The notes below the pieces were generated by a model. The model made no database searches, was not told the DNA's origin, and saw nothing but the letters and a program-made list of their open reading frames with translations. From IMG/VR virus record IMGVR_UViG_3300020358_000010, positions 1 to 48,209 of that record: 48,209 nt of DNA; one strand, written 5' to 3'. Origin of the DNA: a virus. Its lineage: Duplodnaviria; Caudoviricetes. This document shows, piece by piece, positions 36,817 to 45,679 of the stretch. Both the position numbers and the translations under genes were made by a program. How positions within the stretch are numbered: position 1 is the first letter of the stretch; each line of letters begins with the position of its first letter.

Positions 36817-37077
36817 ATGAAAGTAAAAGTATCAGCAAGAGTAGTATACCACAAGTATACAGAGACAGAGATAGATATACCATCTGATGTAGATAATATA
36901 CAGGAGTACCTGCATGATAACGCAGGCTTGTGGTCAGAAAAACTATATACCCAAATGTATGAGCAAGGGTATGAGTATGGTCATGGTATTGATATGCATC
37001 CGGGGATGGAAGAAATCACCGAGCCAAGCGAATGGAGATACGATTGTGAAAAAACAGGTGAAGGTGGTCACCTGTAG
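36817..37077 (+). CDS. Hypothetical protein
   Basis: Tightly packed ORF. Confidence 0.6.
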   Translation: MKVKVSARVVYHKYTETEIDIPSDVDNIQEYLHDNAGLWSEKLYTQMYEQGYEYGHGIDMHPGMEEITEPSEWRYDCEKTGEGGHL

Positions 37078-37120
37078 GGAATCACGTAACCAACTGACTA
37101 TCAGCGAAATGAAAAATAAA

Positions 37121-37152
37121 TTTGCATATGTCGATTTAATGTCGTATGTTTG
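37121..37152 (+). promoter_or_regulatory. Bacteroidota sigma-A-type promoter (homolog of 34337-34368)
   Basis: TTTG-N20-TATGTTTG. Confidence 0.8.
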
Positions 37153-37176
37153 TCGAAATCTTAACAACAAAACACT

Positions 37177-37350
37177 ATGAAACAAAGTATCAATTACATT
37201 ATTAAGTACAGACATGGGAAGTATGCCAACCTTGAACGCACACTAACCGGTAAGACAAATGACGTGGCTTCGCTATTGAAGGAGCTATCTGCAGGCAAGA
37301 CTAACTTTTACATAGACAGGTTAAAAACCTCATGTGATTTAATACTATAA
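37177..37350 (+). CDS. Small hypothetical protein (57 aa)
   Basis: MKQSINYIIKYRHGKYANLERT...; AAACACT-ATG leader right after the promoter. Confidence 0.55.
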   Translation: MKQSINYIIKYRHGKYANLERTLTGKTNDVASLLKELSAGKTNFYIDRLKTSCDLIL

Positions 37351-37353
37351 GTT

Positions 37354-37602
37354 ATGACATTAAAACAACAGGTAGACCGAGCAGGTCACAAGCTATCAAG
37401 CAAATGTACATTATGGGCACGCAACAAAAGTAGTGACGAAATTTATAGTGTAATTGGAGTAAGCAATGGTTGTGCTACATTAAGGAGTGAGTACAATGCT
37501 AAGCCAATGGGCACTATTAAATTAGAAAAACTATACAGCAACTATCTTGGTGTGTATGATGTGAGCGATGATGCATCTTACAATGATTGTATTAGTATAT
37601 AA
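37354..37602 (+). CDS. Hypothetical protein
   Basis: Packed ORF. Confidence 0.55.
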   Translation: MTLKQQVDRAGHKLSSKCTLWARNKSSDEIYSVIGVSNGCATLRSEYNAKPMGTIKLEKLYSNYLGVYDVSDDASYNDCISI

Positions 37603-37618
37603 ATTAAATTAATAATCC

Positions 37619-37638
37619 GGGGAGTGAAACAGCTCCCC
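37619..37638. repeat. GGGGAGT-gaaaca-GCTCCCC hairpin (copy 3 of 3)
   Basis: Same stem as 31257-31273 and the same downstream ACAA. Confidence 0.7.
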
Positions 37639-37658
37639 ACAATAAACACAATTAAATT

Positions 37659-38024
37659 ATGGGAAGATATTATTATGGAGACATCGAAGGGAAGTTTATG
37701 TTTGCAGTACAACCAAGTAATGCAGCCGAAAGGTTTGGGGCGGTAGATGATGAGCCGGCATACATAGACTACACAATTAGCAGGAGTAAGTACGAGATGG
37801 TATGTGCAGAGCTGTTGGCAATAGAAAAAACAGGAGCACCAAAGAGAGTAAAGGAGATGTTTAAAGCAACAGATGACCGGTGGTCTGATGAGATACTTGA
37901 TGAGCATGGGATAACACAGGATGACATGACTGAGTATGCTGATTGGGTGCTAGGCACAAAGCTTAAGGATTATTTTGATGACCATCCTAATGAGGATGTA
38001 ATTAATTTTCAAGCAGAGATATAA
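37659..38024 (+). CDS. Conserved-looking hypothetical phage protein
   Basis: MGRYYYGDIEGKFMFAVQPSNAAERFG N-terminus. Confidence 0.7.
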   Translation: MGRYYYGDIEGKFMFAVQPSNAAERFGAVDDEPAYIDYTISRSKYEMVCAELLAIEKTGAPKRVKEMFKATDDRWSDEILDEHGITQDDMTEYADWVLGTKLKDYFDDHPNEDVINFQAEI

Positions 38025-38095
38025 AATAAATAGTAATCGATTAGGAATTGTCTAATTAATTTCTTAATATTGTCTAACTAATAAAACAAAACACT

Positions 38096-38326
38096 ATGGC
38101 AAACAATTTCCAAGACTTCTTGAATGACCTACAAAAAAAAGGCATTCAGTTAAACACCAACAACGGACATAACGAACAGGTGGTTAACAACTTCAACACT
38201 GTGTCACACAACATAGCTGATGATACGTTTCTTTTAAATCATATATTAACCCATTGGGCAGATGACAAAGACTTGGCTGACATGACTGACTCTCTATCCG
38301 GTGTAACAAAAATAATCCAATGGTAG
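38096..38326 (+). CDS. Hypothetical protein
   Basis: AAACACT-ATG leader. Confidence 0.55.
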   Translation: MANNFQDFLNDLQKKGIQLNTNNGHNEQVVNNFNTVSHNIADDTFLLNHILTHWADDKDLADMTDSLSGVTKIIQW

Positions 38327-38694
38327 AACCAACAAAAGAAGATTACGTAGAACAAGCAATGGAAGTACTACACATGCATGGGTATTGTATAGACTATATG
38401 TGGCACACAGATGATGTGGTTAAGGAATATCCATGGCTAGATAAAGAGCATGCACATGAGGTGCTGATATTGGTAATGGAAAACGAGAAGGTACAATCTA
38501 GCACGGAGATAGCTATCAAGGAGATAGTAAAAGAGAAGTATCCGGAGGAAGATTTTGACCCATCTCTACAGGTAACCAAGAAAGAATACGATGCCCGGAA
38601 ACTATCAGCTATGATACTTGATGCAAAGCAGAAGGGGTTACCTAAGAAATACATTCAAGCACTGCAAAACAAATATGGTGATGGGAATAAGTAA
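38320..38694 (+). CDS. Hypothetical protein
   Basis: Overlapping operon ORF. Confidence 0.6.
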   Translation: MVEPTKEDYVEQAMEVLHMHGYCIDYMWHTDDVVKEYPWLDKEHAHEVLILVMENEKVQSSTEIAIKEIVKEKYPEEDFDPSLQVTKKEYDARKLSAMILDAKQKGLPKKYIQALQNKYGDGNK

Positions 38695-38974
38695 GCTGCG
38701 TAAATTTAAAGATGGCTTGTGTTGGTGGTTAGTTACTGAAGATGCTACTAATGTATTCAACAGCAATGCTATTGATTTATATGCGTTGTATGATGATGAT
38801 ACCACAAGCTTAATTGATAATGTTGAGCAGCTAGGTGAAGCCATCAGATTAAAGATAGATATAGGAATGAGGATAGGATATGAGCCAACACCAAACCTAT
38901 GGAGTAAATGTAAAGGAATATTAAACCAAGGACATTGGTATGTTAAACTATCTGATGTCATTAAAACAATTTAA
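38681..38974 (+). CDS. Hypothetical protein
   Basis: Likely start 38681 (MGISKL...). Confidence 0.55.
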   Translation: MGISKLRKFKDGLCWWLVTEDATNVFNSNAIDLYALYDDDTTSLIDNVEQLGEAIRLKIDIGMRIGYEPTPNLWSKCKGILNQGHWYVKLSDVIKTI

Positions 38975-38976
38975 AA

Positions 38977-39270
38977 ATGAAAAGAAATATATTTGACGAG
39001 TACGTTGAGCAGGTCATTGAGCTGTACGGAATAACTAAAAGAGATTTGTTTCAAAAGAGTAAGGTGCGAGAGATTGTAGATGCTAGGTACGTTCTTTATT
39101 ACCTGTGCTACAACAGACCAATGAAGTTAAAATACATACAGAAGTATATGTCTGAGGGTGGGTATGATATAGGTCACTCAAGTGTACTTCATGGCATAAA
39201 GGCTATAACAAACTATATAGAATCGGATGAGGATTATAAAAGTTTATTAAGACATCTGCAGGATGCGTAA
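38977..39270 (+). CDS. Stand-alone DnaA domain IV-like HTH protein
   Basis: V.ELYGIT..DL..KSK.REIVDAR.V..YLC...L..I.....GHSSVLHG...I matches the DnaA C-terminal pattern. Confidence 0.7.
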   Translation: MKRNIFDEYVEQVIELYGITKRDLFQKSKVREIVDARYVLYYLCYNRPMKLKYIQKYMSEGGYDIGHSSVLHGIKAITNYIESDEDYKSLLRHLQDA

Positions 39271-39673
39271 ATATAAAAGTTTAAAAGACATATGGCAAGA
39301 GGCAAAGGATGATAACTATTCATCTAATCTAGATGGCACAGGTTATGAATCTAGAATAGTGTTTGGGATTAAAATTGTTCATGACCACGAAACAGATTTG
39401 GTATCTATACTCAACACATCCATAGGTGGTGACTTCTACACAGAGGTTAAAAACCTAGCCCCATTTTTTAAAGGTGGTTGGAGATATGGTGTATACCAAA
39501 CAGCTATATGTAATTATAAATATAAGCTAGACAAAGTGGATAAGGCTATGAGGTGTGAGGTTAATGGTAAAAAAAATCCAAAGCAGATTAAGTCTTTAAA
39601 GAATGCAAGGTTAAGAGTTTTAAGTAAGTATAATAATATAATTAATAAATTAAATCAAACAAGTTATGGGTAA
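39263..39673 (+). CDS. Hypothetical protein
   Basis: Overlapping operon ORF. Confidence 0.6.
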   Translation: MRKYKSLKDIWQEAKDDNYSSNLDGTGYESRIVFGIKIVHDHETDLVSILNTSIGGDFYTEVKNLAPFFKGGWRYGVYQTAICNYKYKLDKVDKAMRCEVNGKKNPKQIKSLKNARLRVLSKYNNIINKLNQTSYG

Positions 39674-40208
39674 ATTAAAATCAGTAAACATTAAAGGTAA
39701 GCAGTACGTAGAGGTAAACGAAAGACTAAGATATTTTCGTGAGAATTATAAAGACTTTGCGTTAACGAGTGAGGTGTTAGAAAAAACAGAGAAGTCTATA
39801 TTAATTAGAGCATCAATCATTAGTGATAATGGTAGAATAGTTGCCTCCGGAATGGCTGAGGAAGAGAAGGGTAGCACCTTTATAAACAAGACATCCTACG
39901 TAGAAAATTGCGAGACATCAGCATGGGGTAGAGCTTTGGGTAACTTTGGTATTGGAATAGATACATCTGTGGCATCAGCTAATGAGGTTAATAATGCTAT
40001 TGTTAATCAATCCGCAACAACTAAACCAAAGGTAGAGAGAGAGGCATTGATGGAGCTTAATGATGAGAAGATGTTAGATGTATTAAAATATGTTGCTACA
40101 CATAAAGCTAAAGGTTTGGAGTGGATAATAAATAACATCAGCAAGAAGTATAAGGTTACTACGAAGTGGAAGAATCAAATTAAAAAATCACTACAGGATG
40201 GAGAGTAA
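39666..40208 (+). CDS. Single-strand annealing protein (Rad52/ERF/Sak-like)
   Basis: IKGKQYVEVNERL..F, G.AEE and INKTSYVENCETSAWGRAL...GIG motifs; adjacent to an exonuclease and SSB-like gene. Confidence 0.65.
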   Translation: MGKLKSVNIKGKQYVEVNERLRYFRENYKDFALTSEVLEKTEKSILIRASIISDNGRIVASGMAEEEKGSTFINKTSYVENCETSAWGRALGNFGIGIDTSVASANEVNNAIVNQSATTKPKVEREALMELNDEKMLDVLKYVATHKAKGLEWIINNISKKYKVTTKWKNQIKKSLQDGE

Positions 40209-40956
40209 AGTAACAAAGAAAGTGATTAATTTATTGAGGGATGATGCAGAGTATTACGGAGGGATTGGTAAACAATTCCTCTCAAACTCTGACATAGGTA
40301 CACTACTGCGTAACCCTTCAATGTTTGGTGTTCGGCAAGGAGACAGCAAAGCATTTCTAATGGGTAGATATTTTCATTGTAAAATGTTAGAGCCGGAGAA
40401 GGTAGGTGACTATCTTATTGTAGATGCTAGTAGCAGAAATACAAAGATATATAAGGAGTTCTGTGCGGAAAATAACCTGCCATTTGCTATGCTTAAAGGA
40501 GAGCAGGAAGATGTTGACCGGTGGTGTGATACCATGCTAAGCAACTATGACTTCTATGAGATGATTCAAGACAAAGGCAACAAGTATGAAGAGCCTAATG
40601 TAAAAAACATAGGGGAGCTTAATGGTGGAGCACTATGGAAAGGTAAGGCAGACATCGTACATAAAGATTATGTCATTGACTTGAAGACATGTGGAGACAT
40701 AACAAAATTTCATAACAGCATATACAATTACAACTATGATTCGCAAGGTTATATATATCGTGAGCTATTTGGCAAGCCTATTTTGTTTCTCGTTATTGAT
40801 AAGTCTACAAATGTCTTGGGCAGGTTTGAGTTATCTGATGAGAGTTATGATAGAGGTAAGTACAAAGTGGAGCAAGCACTTGAGGTGTACCATAAATACT
40901 TTGGTGAAAAAAAAACGGAAGACATTAAGTCTTATTACATCAACAGGGTGGTATAA
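40198..40956 (+). CDS. PD-(D/E)XK exonuclease, RecE/DUF3799-like
   Basis: LSNSDI, G.YFH..MLEP, KGKADIV...VIDLKT and YNYDSQ..IY motifs. Confidence 0.8.
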   Translation: MESKVTKKVINLLRDDAEYYGGIGKQFLSNSDIGTLLRNPSMFGVRQGDSKAFLMGRYFHCKMLEPEKVGDYLIVDASSRNTKIYKEFCAENNLPFAMLKGEQEDVDRWCDTMLSNYDFYEMIQDKGNKYEEPNVKNIGELNGGALWKGKADIVHKDYVIDLKTCGDITKFHNSIYNYNYDSQGYIYRELFGKPILFLVIDKSTNVLGRFELSDESYDRGKYKVEQALEVYHKYFGEKKTEDIKSYYINRVV

Positions 40957-41080
40957 AAATAAACGGACTCATTATATTCTAGAAGTTCCATTAGAGTATA
41001 ATGATATCCATGACTACCATACATGTGTAGTCCAAACTATAAAACTCATGGAACAAAAATCAATTATTAAAAATTAAATT

Positions 41081-41344
41081 ATGGCAGAAGAAAAAATCTT
41101 TGCAGATGGTTTCTCATTCAAGAGAAGAGAGGGAGCACCCGACTTTGTGGTTGGAAGAATTAGTGTAAAAGTGGATGATGCAATATCATTCTTGAAGTCT
41201 CACCAAAAGGGTGGTTGGGTTAACTTAAATTGTAACCAATCAAGAAGTGGTAACTACTACCTAGAGTTAGATACATTTGTACCTAAACAAAAGGGTAATG
41301 AGGTAGAAGATGTAAGTCCTCAAGAGACTGATTTACCATTCTAA
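41081..41344 (+). CDS. Small SSB-like protein
   Basis: APDFVVG, GWVNL and an acidic tail ending TDLPF. Confidence 0.6.
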   Translation: MAEEKIFADGFSFKRREGAPDFVVGRISVKVDDAISFLKSHQKGGWVNLNCNQSRSGNYYLELDTFVPKQKGNEVEDVSPQETDLPF

Positions 41345-41358
41345 AATACATGGGAAGG

Positions 41359-41513
41359 ATGTTGAGATGTGAAAGTTTTTTACGTTCTTCCCTATATTTT
41401 TATTTATTTATTTTATTTTTACTATCTGTATACGAGGTGAAAAAGTTAACATAGTATACAACTCATTGATAATCAGACATAAACTCTACACAAACTCGAC
41501 ATAGACTCGACAT
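41359..41513. repeat. Iteron-like array B with IHF consensus site (origin-like)
   Basis: Tandem 11-mers at 41470-41513 (TAATCAGACAT AAACTCTACAC AAACTCGACAT AGACTCGACAT), AAAGTTAACAT at 41442, inverted copies at 41359-41378, an AT/T-rich tract at about 41393-41420 and an exact IHF consensus on the minus strand at 41459-41471. Confidence 0.65.
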
Positions 41514-41527
41514 AAAGCACTACAACA

Positions 41528-43948
41528 ATGACATCAGAACAGAAGGTTACTATATTTAAAAACATTAAGGAGACTGATACTCCCTTCCACAGACCGGTGG
41601 AGCACATACTAAAAAGAATAAAGGATGGTGCAACAAAAGAGTTGGTAAAACAAATCAGAGCTGAGAAAAGAAAGACAGAAAGAAACGAGTTAAAAAAACT
41701 ATTACCTGCTATATGTTTCTCCGGAATCTTTAACAAGAGAAACGACAGCAGCCTACAAGAGCACACAGGAATTATGTGTCTTGACTTTGATGGCTACGAA
41801 AAAAACAAGGAGCTACTACAAGACAAAGAGAACTTAACAAAGAGTAAATATGTTTACTCTGTATTCATATCACCTTCAGGACTAGGATTAAAAGTATTGG
41901 TTAAGATACCAAGGGATGCAGAGAATCATGTAAATTATTTCAATTCATTAGCTAAACATTTTGATAACCCAAGGTTTGATATTACATGTAAGAACTTATC
42001 TCGTGTATGCTACGAGAGTTATGACCCATTAATATTTGTTAACGAGAACTCAAGTGAGTGGGACAAGATTGAAGAAAAAGTATACGAAGAAAAGCACTCC
42101 CTTCGTGACCTACCTACACTACCAATAACAGATGAGAATAAAATAGTAGAGATACTAACTAAGTGGTGGGTAAAAAAGTATCCAATGGTTGAAGGACTAC
42201 GTAACAACAATACATTTGTTCTTGCCTCAGCCTTTAATGATTTTGGAATTAATAAATCCCTAGCTAGTTATGTATTAAGTAACTATGAAACAGATGGCTT
42301 TGGTCACAGGGAGATACAGCAGACAATAGATTCAGCTTATGCACAGAGTCAGAACTTTGGTACCAAGTACTATGAGGATGACGAAAGAATAAACAACATT
42401 AAGATTAAGTTACGAAGAGGTGTATCTAAAAAAGAAATTAAATCTCAACTACTTGACTCAGAGATAACAGAGAATGTGATAGACTCTGTATTACAAAGAG
42501 TGGATGACGAGAACAAAGAGCAGAAGTTTTGGACCAAGAGTGACAAGGGTGTAATAAAAGTGGTGCACATTCTATTTAAACAATTCCTTGAAGACAATGG
42601 ATTCTATAAGTATTGTCCGGAAGGAAGTAAGAACTATGTCTTTGTAAAAGTAACCAACAATTTGATAGACCATACAGATGAGAAACAAATAAAAGATTTT
42701 GTTTTAAATAATGTTATCGAGCTTGATGATGCGAGTATATATAATTACTTTGCCGACAACACTAGATTTTTTAAGGAAGAGTTTTTATCTCTGCTATCTA
42801 CAATAGATATTTATTTTATTGAAGACACCAAGAATACATCTTACATTTATTTTAAAAATTGTGCAGTAAAAATATCTAAAGACACCATAGACATACTAGA
42901 TTATATAGACCTTGGTGGATACGTTTGGAAAGACCATGTGATAGATAGAAAGTTTGGTGTATGCGACTCCGGTACCTCTGACTATAGAACTTTTATATCA
43001 AACGTATGTAAGAAAGAACAAGACAGAGTGGAGTCTATGGAATCTACCATAGGATTCTTAATGCATGGTCACAAAAATCTTAGCTACTGCCCTGCTGTTA
43101 TACTTAATGATGAGGTTATATCAGACAACCCGGAAGGTGGCACAGGTAAGGGTATCTTTATGAATGCATTGAGTCAAATGAAGAAGGTGGTTACTATAGA
43201 TGGTAAGTCTTTTACGTTTGAACGTAGCTTTGCTTATCAGCTTGTATCAGCTGATACGCAGATACTTGTGTTCGATGATGTAAAAAAATACTTTGACTTT
43301 GAAAGATTATTTAGTGTTGTAACAGAGGGGTTAACGTTAGAGAAAAAGAACAAGGATGCTATCAAGATTCCTTTTAGTAAGTCACCTAAGATTGCTATCA
43401 CAACTAACTATGCTATTAAAGGAGCAGGTAATTCTTTTGCTCGTAGAAAATGGGAGCTTGAGCTACACCAACATTACAACAAAAACTACTCACCACTAGA
43501 TGAGTTTGATAAACTTATGTTTGGTGATTGGGACGACCAAGAGTGGTGCCTCTTTGACAACTACATGATTAGTTGTTTACAAACCTACCTTGCTAAGGGA
43601 TTAGTTAAAAGTAAATTTGTTAATTTAAAAATAAGACAGCTATCTGCTGAGACATGTCATGATTTTATTGAATGGTGTGGTGTTATTAATGGAACAATAG
43701 CTAATGATAAGCTGCAGGTTGACCAAAGAATACACATGCAAGATTGTTACTATGATTTTATATCCGAGTACCCCGACTACGCACCCAAGGCAAAGCTAAC
43801 TATTAGTCGTATCAAGTTTAACAAGTGGCTAGTATCTTATGCTAATTTTAAAACAGGAGCAGCTCCTGAGCAGGGAAGAGATGTCATTGGAAGATGGATG
43901 AGAATTAAAAGAAAAGAGGAATTAAATATACAAACAAAACTTACATGA
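41528..43948 (+). CDS. Primase-helicase (BT4734/VirE-N AEP-like domain + PriCT + SF3 helicase)
   Basis: K.LLPAI.FSG.F, CLDFD, FISPSG.GLK, GLRNN..F.LA, Walker A EGGTGKG, Walker B ILVFDDV and motif C ITTN. Confidence 0.85.
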   Translation: MTSEQKVTIFKNIKETDTPFHRPVEHILKRIKDGATKELVKQIRAEKRKTERNELKKLLPAICFSGIFNKRNDSSLQEHTGIMCLDFDGYEKNKELLQDKENLTKSKYVYSVFISPSGLGLKVLVKIPRDAENHVNYFNSLAKHFDNPRFDITCKNLSRVCYESYDPLIFVNENSSEWDKIEEKVYEEKHSLRDLPTLPITDENKIVEILTKWWVKKYPMVEGLRNNNTFVLASAFNDFGINKSLASYVLSNYETDGFGHREIQQTIDSAYAQSQNFGTKYYEDDERINNIKIKLRRGVSKKEIKSQLLDSEITENVIDSVLQRVDDENKEQKFWTKSDKGVIKVVHILFKQFLEDNGFYKYCPEGSKNYVFVKVTNNLIDHTDEKQIKDFVLNNVIELDDASIYNYFADNTRFFKEEFLSLLSTIDIYFIEDTKNTSYIYFKNCAVKISKDTIDILDYIDLGGYVWKDHVIDRKFGVCDSGTSDYRTFISNVCKKEQDRVESMESTIGFLMHGHKNLSYCPAVILNDEVISDNPEGGTGKGIFMNALSQMKKVVTIDGKSFTFERSFAYQLVSADTQILVFDDVKKYFDFERLFSVVTEGLTLEKKNKDAIKIPFSKSPKIAITTNYAIKGAGNSFARRKWELELHQHYNKNYSPLDEFDKLMFGDWDDQEWCLFDNYMISCLQTYLAKGLVKSKFVNLKIRQLSAETCHDFIEWCGVINGTIANDKLQVDQRIHMQDCYYDFISEYPDYAPKAKLTISRIKFNKWLVSYANFKTGAAPEQGRDVIGRWMRIKRKEELNIQTKLT

Positions 43949-44208
43949 TAAATAGCGGTAGAGAGTGGGAGTTCATGGACAATGATGACAACAGGGAAGT
44001 TGCAGTAAGAAATTCTTATGAGGTAATTATAAATAATAAAGATGCTATTGAGTTGTTGGGTGAAGACGAAGGGTATTTTATTCATTTACCTTTTGAGCCT
44101 TTAAACAAGGATGTGTTAGATGATATGCTAGAATTCTTTGAAGAGGTGGAAGAGTACGAAAAGTGTATTAAGATAAAAAAATATATGACTACTCAATTTA
44201 TAATTTAA
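43945..44208 (+). CDS. Small protein with a UVR-like C-terminal motif
   Basis: LEFFEEVEEYEKCIKIKK. Confidence 0.55.
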   Translation: MINSGREWEFMDNDDNREVAVRNSYEVIINNKDAIELLGEDEGYFIHLPFEPLNKDVLDDMLEFFEEVEEYEKCIKIKKYMTTQFII

Positions 44209-44235
44209 AATAACACAAGCAAAAAACAAAACACT

Positions 44236-45471
44236 ATGAAATTAAGTTGGAGACCATATCAAAAAAAAATAATAAACAAGGGGCGAGAAGTAATAAACAA
44301 GTATGGGTTTATATATCTTGCAATGGAAGTTAGGACAGGTAAGACCTTAACCTCTTTAGGTATTGCTCAAGCCTGTGGGTTTAGAGACGTTGTGTTTCTA
44401 ACAAAGAAGAAAGCAATATCATCTATAGTATCAGACTACAAATTACTTAACCCTAATTTTAAATGTGAAGTAATTAACTACGAGTCCATGCATAAGCTCA
44501 TGATAACTCGATGTGACTTCTTGATACTTGATGAGGCTCATGGGTTAGGAGCTTTTCCTAAACCAAGTAACAGAGCTAAGAACGTAAAGGAATTTATAAA
44601 GAAGTTTGATTGTAGTGTGTGTTTATTATCCGGCACGCCAACACCCGAAAGTTATAGTCAAATGTTTCACCAAGTATTTGGAATTCCTTCCAACCCATTC
44701 AATCACTTTAAAAACTTCTATGCTTTTACTAAAGACTATGTTAAGGTGACAAGAAAGAAAATAAATTCCATGTACATCAACGATTATAGTGGAGGTAAGA
44801 CAAGTATACTTAGAACAATGCAGCCTTACACAATTAGCTACACTCAAAAGGAGGCAGGATTTAAAGTAGAAACAACAGAGAGAGTTTTAATAGTAGACAT
44901 GAAAGACTCTACCTATGAGGTGGCTGCTAAACTAAAGAAACATAATGTGGTTGAAGGTAAAGAAGAAACCATATTGGGTGACACACCTGTTAAACTTATG
45001 AATAAACTTCATCAACTTTATTCAGGCACAATTATATTTGAATCTAACAATGGTACCATACTAGACTATAGTAAAGCAGAGTTTATAAAGAAACATTTTA
45101 AAGGAAAGAAGATAGGAATATTCTACAAGTTTAGACAAGAACTAAAAGCTTTACAGGAAATATTTGGTGATGAGATTACTACTGACTTAGATAAATTTAA
45201 TGACACAAATAAATCAATAGCTCTACAAATTGTAAGTGGTCGTGAGGGGATAAGCTTAAGGAAAGCAGAGGCTCTTGTGTATTACAATATAGACTTCTCA
45301 GCCACAAGTTATTGGCAGTCAAGAGATAGGATGACTACTAAAGAGAGACTAAAGAACGATGTGTATTGGGTCTTTGCAAAAGATGGTATAGAGAAAGACA
45401 TCTACAAGGCTGTGATAAACAAGAAGGACTACACTGTGAATCATTTTAAGAAAGATTTATTATCTTTATAA
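44236..45471 (+). CDS. SNF2-like SF2 helicase
   Basis: RPYQ, MEVRTGKT, ILDEAH, LSGTP, SGREGISL and QSRDR motifs. Confidence 0.9.
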   Translation: MKLSWRPYQKKIINKGREVINKYGFIYLAMEVRTGKTLTSLGIAQACGFRDVVFLTKKKAISSIVSDYKLLNPNFKCEVINYESMHKLMITRCDFLILDEAHGLGAFPKPSNRAKNVKEFIKKFDCSVCLLSGTPTPESYSQMFHQVFGIPSNPFNHFKNFYAFTKDYVKVTRKKINSMYINDYSGGKTSILRTMQPYTISYTQKEAGFKVETTERVLIVDMKDSTYEVAAKLKKHNVVEGKEETILGDTPVKLMNKLHQLYSGTIIFESNNGTILDYSKAEFIKKHFKGKKIGIFYKFRQELKALQEIFGDEITTDLDKFNDTNKSIALQIVSGREGISLRKAEALVYYNIDFSATSYWQSRDRMTTKERLKNDVYWVFAKDGIEKDIYKAVINKKDYTVNHFKKDLLSL

Positions 45472-45472
45472 G

Positions 45473-45679
45473 ATGAGGTTCGTTAAGTTTTTACTCGTAT
45501 GGATTAGTCAAAACCTTGCTATTCCCTTTTGGGTAGTGGGACACATTCACCTTTCTATTCATACATTTCACAACCTACTTGAATTAATAAGCTCCGTTGC
45601 CATGAACATAATAGTGGCAGTAGGATTTTTTATAGACTATAATAATGACAGAACAAAAGATTCAGAAGAAAAGAATTAA
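45473..45679 (+). CDS. Small membrane protein
   Basis: Two hydrophobic segments. Confidence 0.55.
   Translation: MRFVKFLLVWISQNLAIPFWVVGHIHLSIHTFHNLLELISSVAMNIIVAVGFFIDYNNDRTKDSEEKN

Noticed and set aside
34162-40845. Other CTGATGA occurrences (about 34162, 37885, 38217, 40835) as possible hammerheads
   Set aside because: All lie inside CDSs and lack a stem II followed by GAAA and matching stems I/III.
29851-41513. 11-bp tandem repeats as a CRISPR or guide-RNA array
   Set aside because: Units are contiguous with no spacers and too short, and no cas or Nop-domain gene is visible.
27788-43276. Other GTTCGA T-loop-like words (about 27788, 27872, 43270)
   Set aside because: Inside CDSs with no flanking stem.
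33357-44847. Minus-strand and alternate-frame ORFs in the early arm (e.g. 37578..37907, 38638..38961, 40736..41077, 41473..41766)
   Set aside because: They overlap better-supported plus-strand genes or the iteron locus.
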